Assembly: GCF_003918875.1 (NCBI RefSeq)
Contig: NW_025765814.1
Location: 124,001 to 188,000 of the forward strand
DNA: 64,000 nt
DNA from: Haliotis rubra
Taxonomy: Eukaryota
Direction of reading: 5' to 3'
Shown: positions 50,701 to 61,307 of the stretch, piece after piece
Layout of the letters: each line of letters begins with the position of its first letter
Numbering within the stretch: position 1 is the first letter of the stretch
Notes under the pieces: model-generated
The model's input: only the letters and a program-made list of their open reading frames with translations
Told to the model about the DNA's origin: nothing
The model's database searches: none
Translations under genes and position numbers: made by a program

Positions 50701-53700
50701 TTTAGGTTTGACTGATCGTATCCCACAATGAGTGAAATAAAACCCCACTTACTAATTGAGAGTGGAAGGTCGCGGGTTCGATCCCCGCTCGCGTCATGCC
50801 AAAAGACGTTAAAATATGGTACTTGTTGGTCCCTGCCTGGCGCTCGGCATTATAGGGTACAACAAGGACTGGTCGGCTCAGAGTCAGTATAATGTGTCTG
50901 AGTGGGGTATTCATGCTTCACTGCGGCATGGTATCTCAGTGGGCTAGCACTATAAAACCAGCTTCAGTCTGGGCTAGTACAAGCAGCCGCATATACACAT
51001 ACACACGCACGCATGCACGTCGTCATATGAGTGAAATATTCTCAAGCACGACGATATAACCAATTTCACTTCACCTCACCACTTACTAATTCACTCACTT
51101 ACCCAGCACCCCCTGCCCGCAAGGGCGTAATGCAACCAGCCACTGATGGAGTTGTTGTTACAGGTGAGATGGAGGGCTCGGCCCAGGACACAGTGGAGTT
51201 CCAGCTGAAGGTCAAGTGTGCCCGGAAGCCCCAGAGCAAGGACGCCACCGACCCGGACGAGATGTACAAGGACCACAAAGGTACATCATGAACACCAAAT
51301 ACCAGAGCCCACCTGGTACTGAGACTGTTTTAAGTATGTGTTAAACGTATGGCACTTACAGTTACAATGGCAATGGCTTTACCACTGAGATGGAACTTAG
51401 TGGAAGTAATAAACATAAACTAATAGTGTAGTAGGTTTGTGTTGCCTGCAATTAAAGGACCCAGTCAGAGGGGTCCATTACCTTTCTAATAGAAGCACAG
51501 TCATGACTGATTTTGTTAAATCAAAGCTACCAGTTTGGTAAAACAACACCAGTTACACAATGAAGCATGGCAGCCACCTGGAAATTGGTTCCACATTTAT
51601 AGCCAGTGTCATTGCACAGTAGAAGGTTTATTGATTTCCTAACAAGTTAAAGTATCAAATAGCTGTGTAAAGTGATTAGGATTTGCAAGTTATGAGGAGT
51701 CACTTCTCAAAAAGAAAGGATTGGATGTGTCAAAAGTATCCAGTATGTCCGATGGTTGTAGTCAACTCAGTCAAGAATCTCCCTTGTTGCTGTAGAAAGT
51801 GTGATTCATGCATGTCTATCATTCTCATGGATCAATGTTTTGGTCCTGGATAATATAATGAAAAGCGTCATTGATCAAGGGGGGAATTTTGCTATATTTC
51901 GCATGTAGGAATGTATGAGTTATGTTGCTTTTAGCAGTATTTTAGTAATGTCACAGCAGGGGACCCCTGAAATGGGTAAACACATTGATCATGTGGGGAA
52001 TTGAACTCGGTCTTCAGTGAGACGAGTGAACACTTCAACCGCTGGGCTACCCCACCGCCATCCACAAGTATGATGTAGATTGATACTGACAGCTTGTGGC
52101 ATGTTACATGTTGGTACTGTCCGTATTTGGTAATTGTTCCCCGCCGCAATGCAGAATGGGGGGACTATGTTTTCAGCAGCGTCCGTCCGTCCCGATTCTT
52201 GTTAACACGATATCTCATGAACTGTTGTACCCAATGTCTTCAAATTTGGTGACAGCCTACATTGGGAGATTACCCAGACACCAGTCGATTTTGGTGACCG
52301 TGACCTTATTTTCAAGGTCACCACGACACTTGACCACTTTTCAAACTGTTGTTAACGTGATATCTCATGCACTGTAGTATCCAATATCTTCAAATTTGGT
52401 GACAGTTTACATTGGAGTATTACGCAGACACCAGTCGACTTGGGTGACCTTGACCTTGTCTTCAAGGTCACCATGACACTTTGCACGCTTTTAATTCTTG
52501 TTAACGAGATATCTCATGGACTGTTGTACCCAATGTCTTCAAATTTGGGGACAGTTAACATTGGGGTATTACTCAGACACCAGTTTATTCTGGAGACCTT
52601 GACCTTATTTTCAAGGTCACCACGACACTTTGACCGCTTTTCAAACTTATTTAAACACGATATCTCATAAAACATTGCACCAAATTTTTTTCAAGTATGT
52701 TAACAGCCTACATTGGGTGATTATGCAGACACCAGTCATTTCAGGCATCTTGTATGTGACCCAAAAATAAAAAGTAGTAAATATAGATATTCCATTCTTT
52801 AGCGGCAGGGTACATTGCCATATCAGTGGCAAACACTTGTTCTACGTGCATTGGTACATCCTGTCGCTTGCCAGTTGTGGAATGAGCGGACATAAGTGTG
52901 AAATAGAGCTGCTAGGATGTTATGGTGATTGGCTCCAACCCCAGGTTATCATTGCTTGTGTCACCACGTTTATAAACCTAGTGGACCTGCATTACACAGG
53001 GTTATACCCCCACATTACTGTGACGCACACTTGTCTTACTGATATACTGTCCCAAGCAGCACTAACACCAACTCACTCACTAACTTGACTGTTTCAGTTA
53101 CAACCGAGTACATGAAGTGGGTGCCTATAGGAGACCAGACCAACATTGTAAGTTAACTGGGACATCACCTAGAAACTTCTCTAGGCTAAACTTGACATAC
53201 TTTTAATGAAATCAGAAAAATGTCTGAACAGAAAGAGATTTGTATGACATACACATATTGTCAAAAGTGTTTAAGATTAGAGTATCCTTCAAACTGGAAT
53301 TGATCTGAATTTCTACTTAGTTTGTGTGAATACTGATTTGTACATTTTCTTGCAGTTCAAACCAGGAGATCTGAAGCCAGTGGTTGATGATATCCTGATA
53401 GCTAAACTCCGGCCAGGCCAGGTGAGTGGAGGGAAATTTGTCCTTTTTTCCTTACATTGTCTCCGACAGCAGTGGTCTCCCTTTGTTTGCTGTTGTGTTA
53501 GGGACTGTTCATAATTTAAGGCTGGGGAGATGATGATGATTGTTATGGAAAGGCATGTACAATGTGAATGACTACACACACACACACACCCTTTAAAATG
53601 TATGTACAAAGTACCTGCATGTCATGTACAAAAATCAATGACACCCCCCCTTCCCATAATTTTTAAGGATATAATTTCAGTTTTTATGTACAAAATTGCT

Positions 53701-56700
53701 GACCCCCTAGTTCATGTGTACAAAATTCATGCCCCCACATCCCTAGAACAAAATGGGTGCCCCAAAAATATAAAAAAATAATTCATTAATTAAAAACACT
53801 AAATAAAAAAATGAAATAGGATAAAATAAAAATAAAAAAATAAAATAGCTAAAATAAAATCGTCATCAAACCCCCTAGCCATGAATTATGAACGGTCCCT
53901 TAGTGCCCTCAAGACAGTGTGTAAGAGTATGTATTGATGTTTCCAGGAGCTCGACCTCAAGTTACATTGTGTAAAGGGTATTGGGAAGGACCATGCCAAG
54001 TTCTCACCTGTGGGTAAGTAAATGATACCATACAGTTATGATAGTGTCCATCCCGAGAGGGGTGTTATACAGCGTGTGATGGCTAGTGTGTGTAACCAGT
54101 AGTGATATCAGTTGTCATAGCTGTGATATTTTGCAATGAAATTTTATGTTCACTGTCCCGAGCTTTAGTGAGGGACTTGAACATTAATTTCCCGAGCTTT
54201 AGCAAGGGAACATATTTCCCGAGGGACATATTTCCTGTAATCACTCGTACCTCATGGGTTATTCTTTTTATTACCCATTCTGTAATTAAACCGAGAAACC
54301 AGTACTTATGAACTCAAAGCCACACCTCGTTATGTGTTTACAACATAATCAGCTGATCCGTATTAATGCGCAGAGGAAACCAAACAGCTCATGCCTAATG
54401 GAATCGCATACGAACCCCAATATAGTACTGTAGAAAACGGTATGAAAAACAACACAATTCATCAGTTTCCAAATTCGTTTCATGACAATTTTATTACCCA
54501 CACCCCCTTGTAAAGATTAAGTTTATTTTTAACAAGTATAATCGCATATTTAATATTAAGTCATAGATCGCAAATGTGTAGCCTAGATCTACTCGTGACA
54601 GAAAGTGGGTGGCTGTGGTTGGATACAAAACAGCAAAAACCTGTCAATTTGTTTCAACGTTAACTGATACAACAGTGAAAATCTGCAAGAGAACAATAAA
54701 ACGCAGGAATGGTGAACGTTTTCTAAGAAGACAGTTCACAATTATTAACATTTGTCAACATTTTGACCTAGTTTTGGCTCGCGTCAGTGTCCTTGTTTGG
54801 AACGATAACTCTAACTTTAGCCCGAGTCCGAGTCGACAACAGGCAAAATACGCCTTTTCGGTGCAGGTGGTTGGTTGAAAGAAGAATCATTTGAAATAGT
54901 GAAGTTGAATACTCCACCGTAAATTGGACCAGAAAAAAGAGTATGAACAGCTTGGATATCATTGGAAACTGAATTCACCTGGGACATGACTGATTGAGAC
55001 TGATTCGACTGAAGCTTGGGTGCATTTTGTAGGCACGGGAGAGACAGGCCTGTGTCATGTGGTGTGGAATCACAGTTGGGCGATAAAAGTCTGTTGATGT
55101 TTTGGTGTTGTTTTTCATCCATTGTGGAATAACTGTTGATGGATTGAACGTTTTTGTGCCCCAACACTTGCATGATCTGGTGAGCTGGAACACCTTTGTC
55201 AGACAAAGTTTGAATCATGCGTTTCCTGGCGCTATAGTTTGTCAACCGTTTGTTATTAGAAAGCCCTGCTTTACTTGCCATTGTTTTCATCAGTGATCCC
55301 AGTTTATTTCTGCCAACCGTTTGACGTTTAAACCAAGTATTCCCGGTTCGTACCGCAAACTGGGTGTTTGTTGCCAAATAGAATGGATGATCATCATTGG
55401 AGAAGTTTAGTGGTCTCAAGTCACGGTACGACTTGTTAACAGCGACTGGAAAACACAGATTCCCAGGTTGTGCCCATGCTTTAGGAGCAAGATCGCGAGA
55501 CTGGTCACCCTGACGGGTTTTTGACTTCCGTTCAATATACTGGAGATATTCTCGGTTCTCTGAATCAACGTTTAGTGTTACATCACCCCATTGCATACGC
55601 CTGTGCGGGGTCGCCGATCTCCACCATAATGTGTTTAAAATGGAATCTGGCGTGCTGGTGCCTAGTTGGCCACATTCACTGAGTTTCTGTAATTCAGTGT
55701 CAGATACAGGATCAGCACGGAATGGTAGGTTTCCTTTACCTTGTTTTTTTAATGACTTGAGTTTTGATTTCAAAACCTCCCTCAGTTTCATGAAATGCAT
55801 TGACTCGGCTAACACATGTGAGTACCCATTATGCTTCAAATAGCGTTCAACGCTACCCTTTATCCCCCCGGAGGGAAGACGGTTCGTACTCAGAACCATC
55901 AGATTTTCTTGCCGATATGAACAATTTACATAGGATAGTGTTCAGTTCACGGGGGGCAATGTCTTCAAGCTGTCTTGGATCATTAAGACTCTTGCGAAGA
56001 AATCTATAAACAAGATTCATGTCCATTTTGCCCTTTTTCATTGTGTTTTCGTTTTCGTTCGCAGCCAAGAAGTTATCAATGACATGGTCATAAACAGGAA
56101 CAAACCGGTCAAAAGTTTTGTTTTCGATTGGGGGTTAAAAAAAATCATCTTGTAGCATGTCATTTATGACACTCTGGGGCAGGTGGGGACTTTGGTGAGA
56201 AGCCGACTCCCTCGAGATTGTTTCCGGCAACACTTTCAGTCTGTACCTTGCAACTTCCATTTCTCCATATTCCGTGTTTATCACATACACGTGAAAGGAA
56301 TTTAGCGGTTGTGTTATTCTTGTTACACGACCAGTAATGTCTCCATCCACCTTGACCAGGTCATTGACTTTGATTGGCGTCAACTGGGTAGCCATGTTTG
56401 TTTACAAAGACGACTTTATGATTATCAATTTTAGACAATTTTTTATTACAAAACATGTTAAGTAGACGACGCTGTATTGTTAATGAAGTATGAAATAAAA
56501 CATTAAATTAGCATCAAAATCAAAATCCTGTATGTTGATTTTGTTCAGTTTTTAAATCTCGAATAAGTGCGATTACATCACGGTCAATTTATCAATGAAG
56601 CAATGAAATTTTCTGAATGAACGTAGTGTGTGAAAGTAGTTCCGGCATCCAATGAAAATGTACAAATATACGATCAACCAATCAATGTCGAGAATCACTA

Positions 56701-59700
56701 AATTGCACACTGTGCAAATATCAAAAAGATATTACACGGGATCTCCTCACCCGTATGGGTAATAATGTTTTTTGTTTAACACTGCACTGGCAATATTCCT
56801 GTTATGTGATTGCATCTTGTAAATAATAAAGTCACGTCTACACAAACCAGTGTTTGATGTTATGAGCAACCTCTACAACATCAGGGTGTGATGACACAAG
56901 CATTAACTTGCATAGATTCCAGGGAAGCTCACCTGTGAAGGTCCGGGTTAGAATATTGGCCTTCAGTAACCCATGCTTGTCGTGTGGGGACCAACAGGAT
57001 CTGGTGGTCAGGCTCGCTGACTTGGTTGACACATGTCATTGGTTCCCAATAGCGCAGATTGATGCTTATGCTGTTGCTTTTATGGATTGTCTGGTCCAGA
57101 CTCGATTATTTACGGACCGCCGTCATATAGTTGTAATGTTGCTGAGTGTGGCATAAAACTAAACTCACTCACTCCAGGGAAGCTATTCTGACCTGGAATC
57201 CCCACATTGGCTGTCATACTGATGAACAGATCTGGCTTTAAGACAACATTTATCTTCAGCCACAGCCTCGTACCGCCTGCTGCCTGAGATCCGCCTGACT
57301 CGGCCTGTTGAGGGAGATTCAGCTGTGGAACTTCAGAAGTGCTTCTCCCCGGGGGTCATCGAGGTCGACAGTGTCCATGGTAGGTCACACAGACCAAGTC
57401 ATACATTTGTGTTTCAAGCCTTGATTTAATTTTGAAAGTAAACATCTAAATAGTTATGTACAGAATGTTGAAATTCCAAATTGAACCACAAAGGATAACC
57501 CATTCTCTTCCCACAGAGGTTACTCGAGTTATATCTTCCCTTGTTACCTTTGTTCTAATACGGCCCTTTCATGGTGCGAGTGTTCAGGATTCGTGATTGG
57601 TTGCAATCAGATTTAGTTGTGCAATCCCAGCGATGTGGTTTCTGTATGCTTCAGGAAAACTAGTACCTATTCCCCTGCGCGATGCACAAACGTTTCTTCT
57701 AGACAGAACTCAGTCATGTAATGGCGGATCAATGGCGTCTCCATTGCCCTAGTTGACAACAGACAAGCTAGGCATTAAATGTCTTGTGTGTCACATCAAT
57801 ATGAGTCATCGGCAGAGAGGAGGGATATTTGTGGCCCCACTTTCTATTGCTAGTTTCTGATTTTCAGTTAAACATGAAATACTGAATCTATCCTTCGCAT
57901 ATTGATCAACTAACTTCATGGCGGCCGCCATGTTGGATCTAAGTCGATGTAGCACATGTACTAATGGATAGAAAAAGGAAGATAATTCGAGTTGCACTTT
58001 TTTGCTGCCACTTTTTTTTCTCGGATTTTACGAGAACCGGGAAATATGGCCATATTAGAACAGAGGTTACGTGGGTAGATATGACTTGAGTAACCTCTGT
58101 GGGAAGAGAAGGAGGATAACCAGGAAATCGGTACAGACAGAACTAACATCTGAAATCATGGAATGACAACAGAAGATCAAGGAATAATCAAGGAATTATA
58201 TTGACACACAGTTTTAGGTTCGCATTAAAAAAAGAATGCAATCAGTCAAATAAGCTGAAGTAAGTAGAATGCTCATCAATGTTCAGAAACAGGCTTGTCT
58301 CCATTCTTGAATCCTGTGTAGTGTTAGATGTGTTTCAGGGTAGGTATCCAAGGGACTTGTTTGATGTTTTAGCGAGAAAAAATGTTGAAGTGTTAGAGGG
58401 AGGAGGGGTCAGATATAATAGGTTACAGGCCTTGCATCACTCTGCAATAATTGACCTCTGGTTGCTCTTCCTCAACAATAAATCTGCCATGATTGTTTAC
58501 AACAAACAGGGGTATATGGCGCTAGTCACTTCCTGTTAAAATATGTCTCTTCAGCCCTTGATATTTTACCAGTGTTTCATCCATTTGCTTCCACTGCTCC
58601 CCTGGTATCAGCATCTAGTACACTGAGAATGGAAATATGACATGTGACATAACACACAACAGGGTGGTGATGTTCCCAGTGGTCACTTGATGGGTTTGAA
58701 TCGCATATTTACATGTACTTTCACTGCAAAACAATTGCATGGAGATTTAATGATGTGGTGTTTGTCACTTCTCAGTAATAAGCCAACGGATAGAGTTTAA
58801 TAATGTTTCAACATGGAATAAGTTTGTTTATTGTTACTACAACATTATGGCAGTGGCCTGTAGATAGTGAGAACGGACAAACCAGTGACCGATATTGTGA
58901 GCAGAATCCAGATGCTGGGAGACACAATCAGCCAATTCACCAAGTCCGACCATCTGATACTGTAGTCTGACTCTTTCTGTGAGGATAGATTGCTGGGGAC
59001 CTATTTGATCATGATATCCTCGCTGGGTTCAGACTTATGTTAACTCACTTGCTCACTGAAGATCGCTGAAAGTTAGATACATTTTAGATAGTGTGGTCCG
59101 ATTAATTGAAATAATCGAAGATTGGTCGCAATGACTAAACGACCAAGCAATCGATCATGTTTTCTCATAATCAAACACAAACAATTTTGGAACACTTGTT
59201 TGCATTAACAATATTTTTCACAAGGTTGGTTTTGTCTGTTATATTTCACAAGCACTACAAGCTCATTCCTTGTCATGATAGAATTATCCATTTAAATTTA
59301 GGTTCATACCATACTAGTCATCCTTTAAGATGTGAAATTTGTAAATGCGTTTTGTGCAATTTGAAAAAAACAACCCGGGAACGTTTTTTTCTATATTTTT
59401 GTGCATTAACAAACATTACCAGGAGAATTTGATAAATGATGCTAACCAATTATTTTCGATGATTGATCGGTTGTATTGAACCAATTATCAATTGTGAGAT
59501 TTTAACCAATTCCCAACACTAATTTTACATACCCAGGGTCCAACATGAGAGACATCTTTGATATGTTGTTCTGTATTCTTCCGTATTCACTTGAACCAAG
59601 GTTTGCTTGCATCAGATATAGTTGTATTCACAGGTAAGAAGAAGGCTCGTGTAGCACATGCTCGCCGTGACACTGGCAGCAGGGAGGTCTTCAGACATGA

Positions 59701-60048
59701 TCACCTCAAGGACTGTGTCCAGCTCAGCAAAGTCAGAGATCACTTCATCTGTAAGTAGATGCATCTGGTGTTTCCATGTTTTCATCTCACATAAGCTACA
59801 GAATTGCTCCATTATATTCCTGGATAATGATAAACTGTTGTGAACGTAACAGATAATGACAGTGTTTGGCCCTGTTTATACGGTGGTTCTACAAGGTTTG
59901 GCTGGTGTGTGTTGCAGATTGTGTAGAAAGTACTGGAGTGTTGCCGCCAGATGCGCTGGTTGTGGACTCCATCAAGGTTCTCATTGGAAAGTGTAATCGC
60001 TTCCTGGAGGAGATTTCGGATTCCTACGGTGGGGGGGATGCATCATGA
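44671..60048 (+). CDS. POLR1C: DNA-directed RNA polymerases I and III subunit RPAC1 (11 exons, 346 aa after correcting one extra base)
   Basis: Exons 44671-44730, 47871-47942, 48320-48427, 48817-48950, 51164-51280, 53098-53147, 53356-53421, 53947-54013, 57260-57379, 59634-59750, 59918-60048. Motifs: [109 protein letters not shown]. All GT-AG. Confidence 0.96.
45213..46474. mobile_element. MULE-like non-autonomous element with repeated subterminal aaaacggcacc motifs
   Basis: TIR ggg..gctaaaacgg / ccgttttagc..ccc; TSD TTTTAGAA(G), 8-9 bp. Confidence 0.8.
46496..46608. repeat. Perfect 51-bp inverted repeat with 11-nt loop
   Basis: Arms 46496-46546 and 46558-46608 are exact reverse complements. 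Confidence 0.95.
47196..47802. mobile_element. Non-autonomous TIR element, 9-bp TSD (Academ/MULE-like)
   Basis: TIR cagtctaagtaaactgaggctca / tgagcctaagtttactaagactg; TSD GGTTATGTA (47187-47195 / 47803-47811). Confidence 0.8.
47871..47942 (+). CDS. POLR1C: POLR1C exon 2
   Basis: [17 protein letters not shown]; AAG|gtaatt. Confidence 0.93.
48320..48427 (+). CDS. POLR1C: POLR1C exon 3
   Basis: KFRIDVV...[12 protein letters not shown]|gtaaag. Confidence 0.95.
48817..48950 (+). CDS. POLR1C: POLR1C exon 4 (one extra A at 48925/6)
   Basis: VPTMAIEKV...[12 protein letters not shown][R]LFEYRQE; G|gtcaga. Confidence 0.92.
48976..50174. mobile_element. Pogo/Tc2-like non-autonomous element
   Basis: TIR ccgtatatgac..ctataagtcg / cgacttatag..gtcatatacgg; repeated ctataagtcg motifs; flanked by TG/TG. 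Confidence 0.75.
50758..51078 (+). mobile_element. SINE family A, 5'-truncated
   Basis: Homology; TSD CCACTTACTAATT. Confidence 0.88.
51164..51280 (+). CDS. POLR1C: POLR1C exon 5
   Basis: [19 protein letters not shown]...YKDHK; G|gtacat. Confidence 0.93.
52134..52841 (+). mobile_element. Helentron/HINE-like element with about four 150-bp core repeats
   Basis: TT start, cccc...gggg hairpin, GTCC microsatellite, 150-bp repeats with gtgaccttgacctt..aaggtca, 3' hairpin ttgcca-tatcag-tggcaa and cttgtt end. Confidence 0.75.
53098..53147 (+). CDS. POLR1C: POLR1C exon 6
   Basis: [17 protein letters not shown]|gtaagt. Confidence 0.9.
53356..53421 (+). CDS. POLR1C: POLR1C exon 7
   Basis: [22 protein letters not shown]|gtgagt. 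Confidence 0.93.
53501..53899. mobile_element. PIF/Harbinger-like MITE
   Basis: gggactgttcataatt / aattatgaacggtccc; TSD TTA. Confidence 0.7.
53947..54013 (+). CDS. POLR1C: POLR1C exon 8
   Basis: [23 protein letters not shown]|gtaagt. Confidence 0.95.
54021..56765 (-). mobile_element. Crypton-type (tyrosine recombinase, DUF3504-like) DNA transposon, decayed, in POLR1C intron 8
   Basis: Disrupted recombinase ORF plus inverted motifs TTATTACCCAT (54268-54278) and ATGGGTAATAA (56755-56765); CCCGAG..GAGGG hairpins at 54155-54227; left boundary approximate. Confidence 0.8.
54817..56395 (-). pseudogene. Crypton tyrosine recombinase pseudogene (KCTD1/ZMYM/QRICH1-related DUF3504 family)
   Basis: ORFs 56395-56135 and 56068-55853 are one frame broken by TAA at 56137-56135. 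A frameshift in the G run near 55865 leads into 55899-54817. Motifs: [63 protein letters not shown](Y)[15 protein letters not shown]. Confidence 0.88.
56930..57172 (+). mobile_element. SINE-like family C
   Basis: Homology; TSD TCCAGGGAAGCT. Confidence 0.85.
57260..57379 (+). CDS. POLR1C: POLR1C exon 9
   Basis: [13 protein letters not shown]...[14 protein letters not shown]|gtaggt. Confidence 0.95.
57501..58112 (-). mobile_element. Non-autonomous AcademH-like element with helicase N-terminal remnant
   Basis: About 65-bp imperfect TIRs (cattctcttcccacagaggttactc...); 9-bp TSD AGGATAACC (57492-57500 / 58113-58121); short ORF from 57931, [30 protein letters not shown]. Confidence 0.7.
59089..59521 (-). 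mobile_element. Same hAT MITE family, inverted copy
   Basis: Flanks ATTTTAGA / ATTTTACA; reverse-complement homology to the other two copies. Confidence 0.85.
59634..59750 (+). CDS. POLR1C: POLR1C exon 10
   Basis: [21 protein letters not shown]...VRDHFI T|gtaagt. Confidence 0.93.
59918..60048 (+). CDS. POLR1C: POLR1C exon 11
   Basis: [15 protein letters not shown]...KCNRFLEEI...*; AATAAA at 60268-60273. Confidence 0.93.
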
Positions 60049-61307
60049 TGACAAGCCCTAGTGCCAGGTCCCTCTGATGATGAAAGTGGATGAGAGATTG
60101 TGTGTCTGTGTGTTGCTTCTGAACACCAGGAGCGTGAGGACATTTTTCCACTTAATGCTGGGTCTTTAAATATATGCTGGTCTCTCAGTGACACTGGGTC
60201 ATATGTTCTGTCCAAACAATAGGAACCAGTTGGACCCATCATTTGATGAAATTAATTGTCCCTATCAAATAAATATACAGTGTACTCCCTTCAGTAAATA
60301 ATACCTGATTCCTGCAAATGTTCTTTTTGTATGACTGGGATTTGGTAAGGTAATGATTTGCCATTTTGGCAGCACTGGACAGAATTAACGTCAGGACTCT
60401 TATAGGCCTTGTCAGTTAGAAGGAATATGGATAACAGAAGTTACAGAACAACCAGTTGTCACTATCCTACAAGAGATGCCAAACAAAAAACTGGTTCAGA
60501 TGTCCATCGTCTTCATGTTTGATGATTTTGACAAGACCTGTAACAAATAAGGACCAACTTTATGGATGAAGTTACCTGTAACAATTACCTGTAACAAAGC
60601 CTGTTGGGGAAAATATGTTTGATGAAACCTGTTGACAAACATGGATTGACAGACAATTTATTGTATAAAACCTATTCCCAAACACAGATTGGCAAGATAT
60701 CAAATAAAACCTAGCCATCAGACACAACCTGTTCACAAATGCGATAGACAAAGTGTGCAGGTTACACTTAAAGGATAAAGTCGGTGTGTTTGTGTATCAA
60801 CTTGGCTCAAGGTGCTTTTACTGAAAAGGAATACATTTCACTGACTGATGATAAGATTGTTGTGTAATGGTTGAGTTTCTTTTATGATACAGAAGTGTAT
60901 CATTATGTTTCTATGGAAGAATATGAGGTATCATTAATGTACAATTTTGTTGAATGTAATATGAACTGAAATAAAATCAATCCTTGTTATTGGGAATATT
61001 GTTCGGCTGGTTTTCTTGGCTTGTATGTTCATAGTTTGTATATTTGCAGTTATTGTATACCACGAAAGAAGTTATAGATCAACTGATTCTTTCACATTAC
61101 ACTTGTCATGCCATCTCTATAGTAATATAAAACCTGTGATGATCTGGGTTAGAGTTGATCTTCAGTAACCCATGCTTGTCGTAAGAGGCGACTAACAGAT
61201 GATGACGACAAAGGCAACTGACGACACATGTCATCATATCCCTACTGCGTAGATTGATGCTCATGCTGTTGATAACTGAATTGTCTGTCCTAGTCCTTAA
61301 GCATCGT

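Noticed and set aside
54817-55899. Functional KCTD1/ZMYM/QRICH1-like host gene
   Set aside because: Intronless, antisense inside an intron, with a stop, a frameshift, a deletion and a catalytic His loss; it is a transposon relic.
44731-59917. Intronic snoRNAs or complete hammerhead ribozymes
   Set aside because: By eye I found no C/D box pair with a terminal stem and no complete CTGANGA..GAAA core with stems; an Infernal/Rfam scan would be needed to exclude them.
44671-60048. POLR1C as a pseudogene
   Set aside because: A single 1-nt lesion against 11 intact exons, splice sites and promoter; an assembly error is far more likely.
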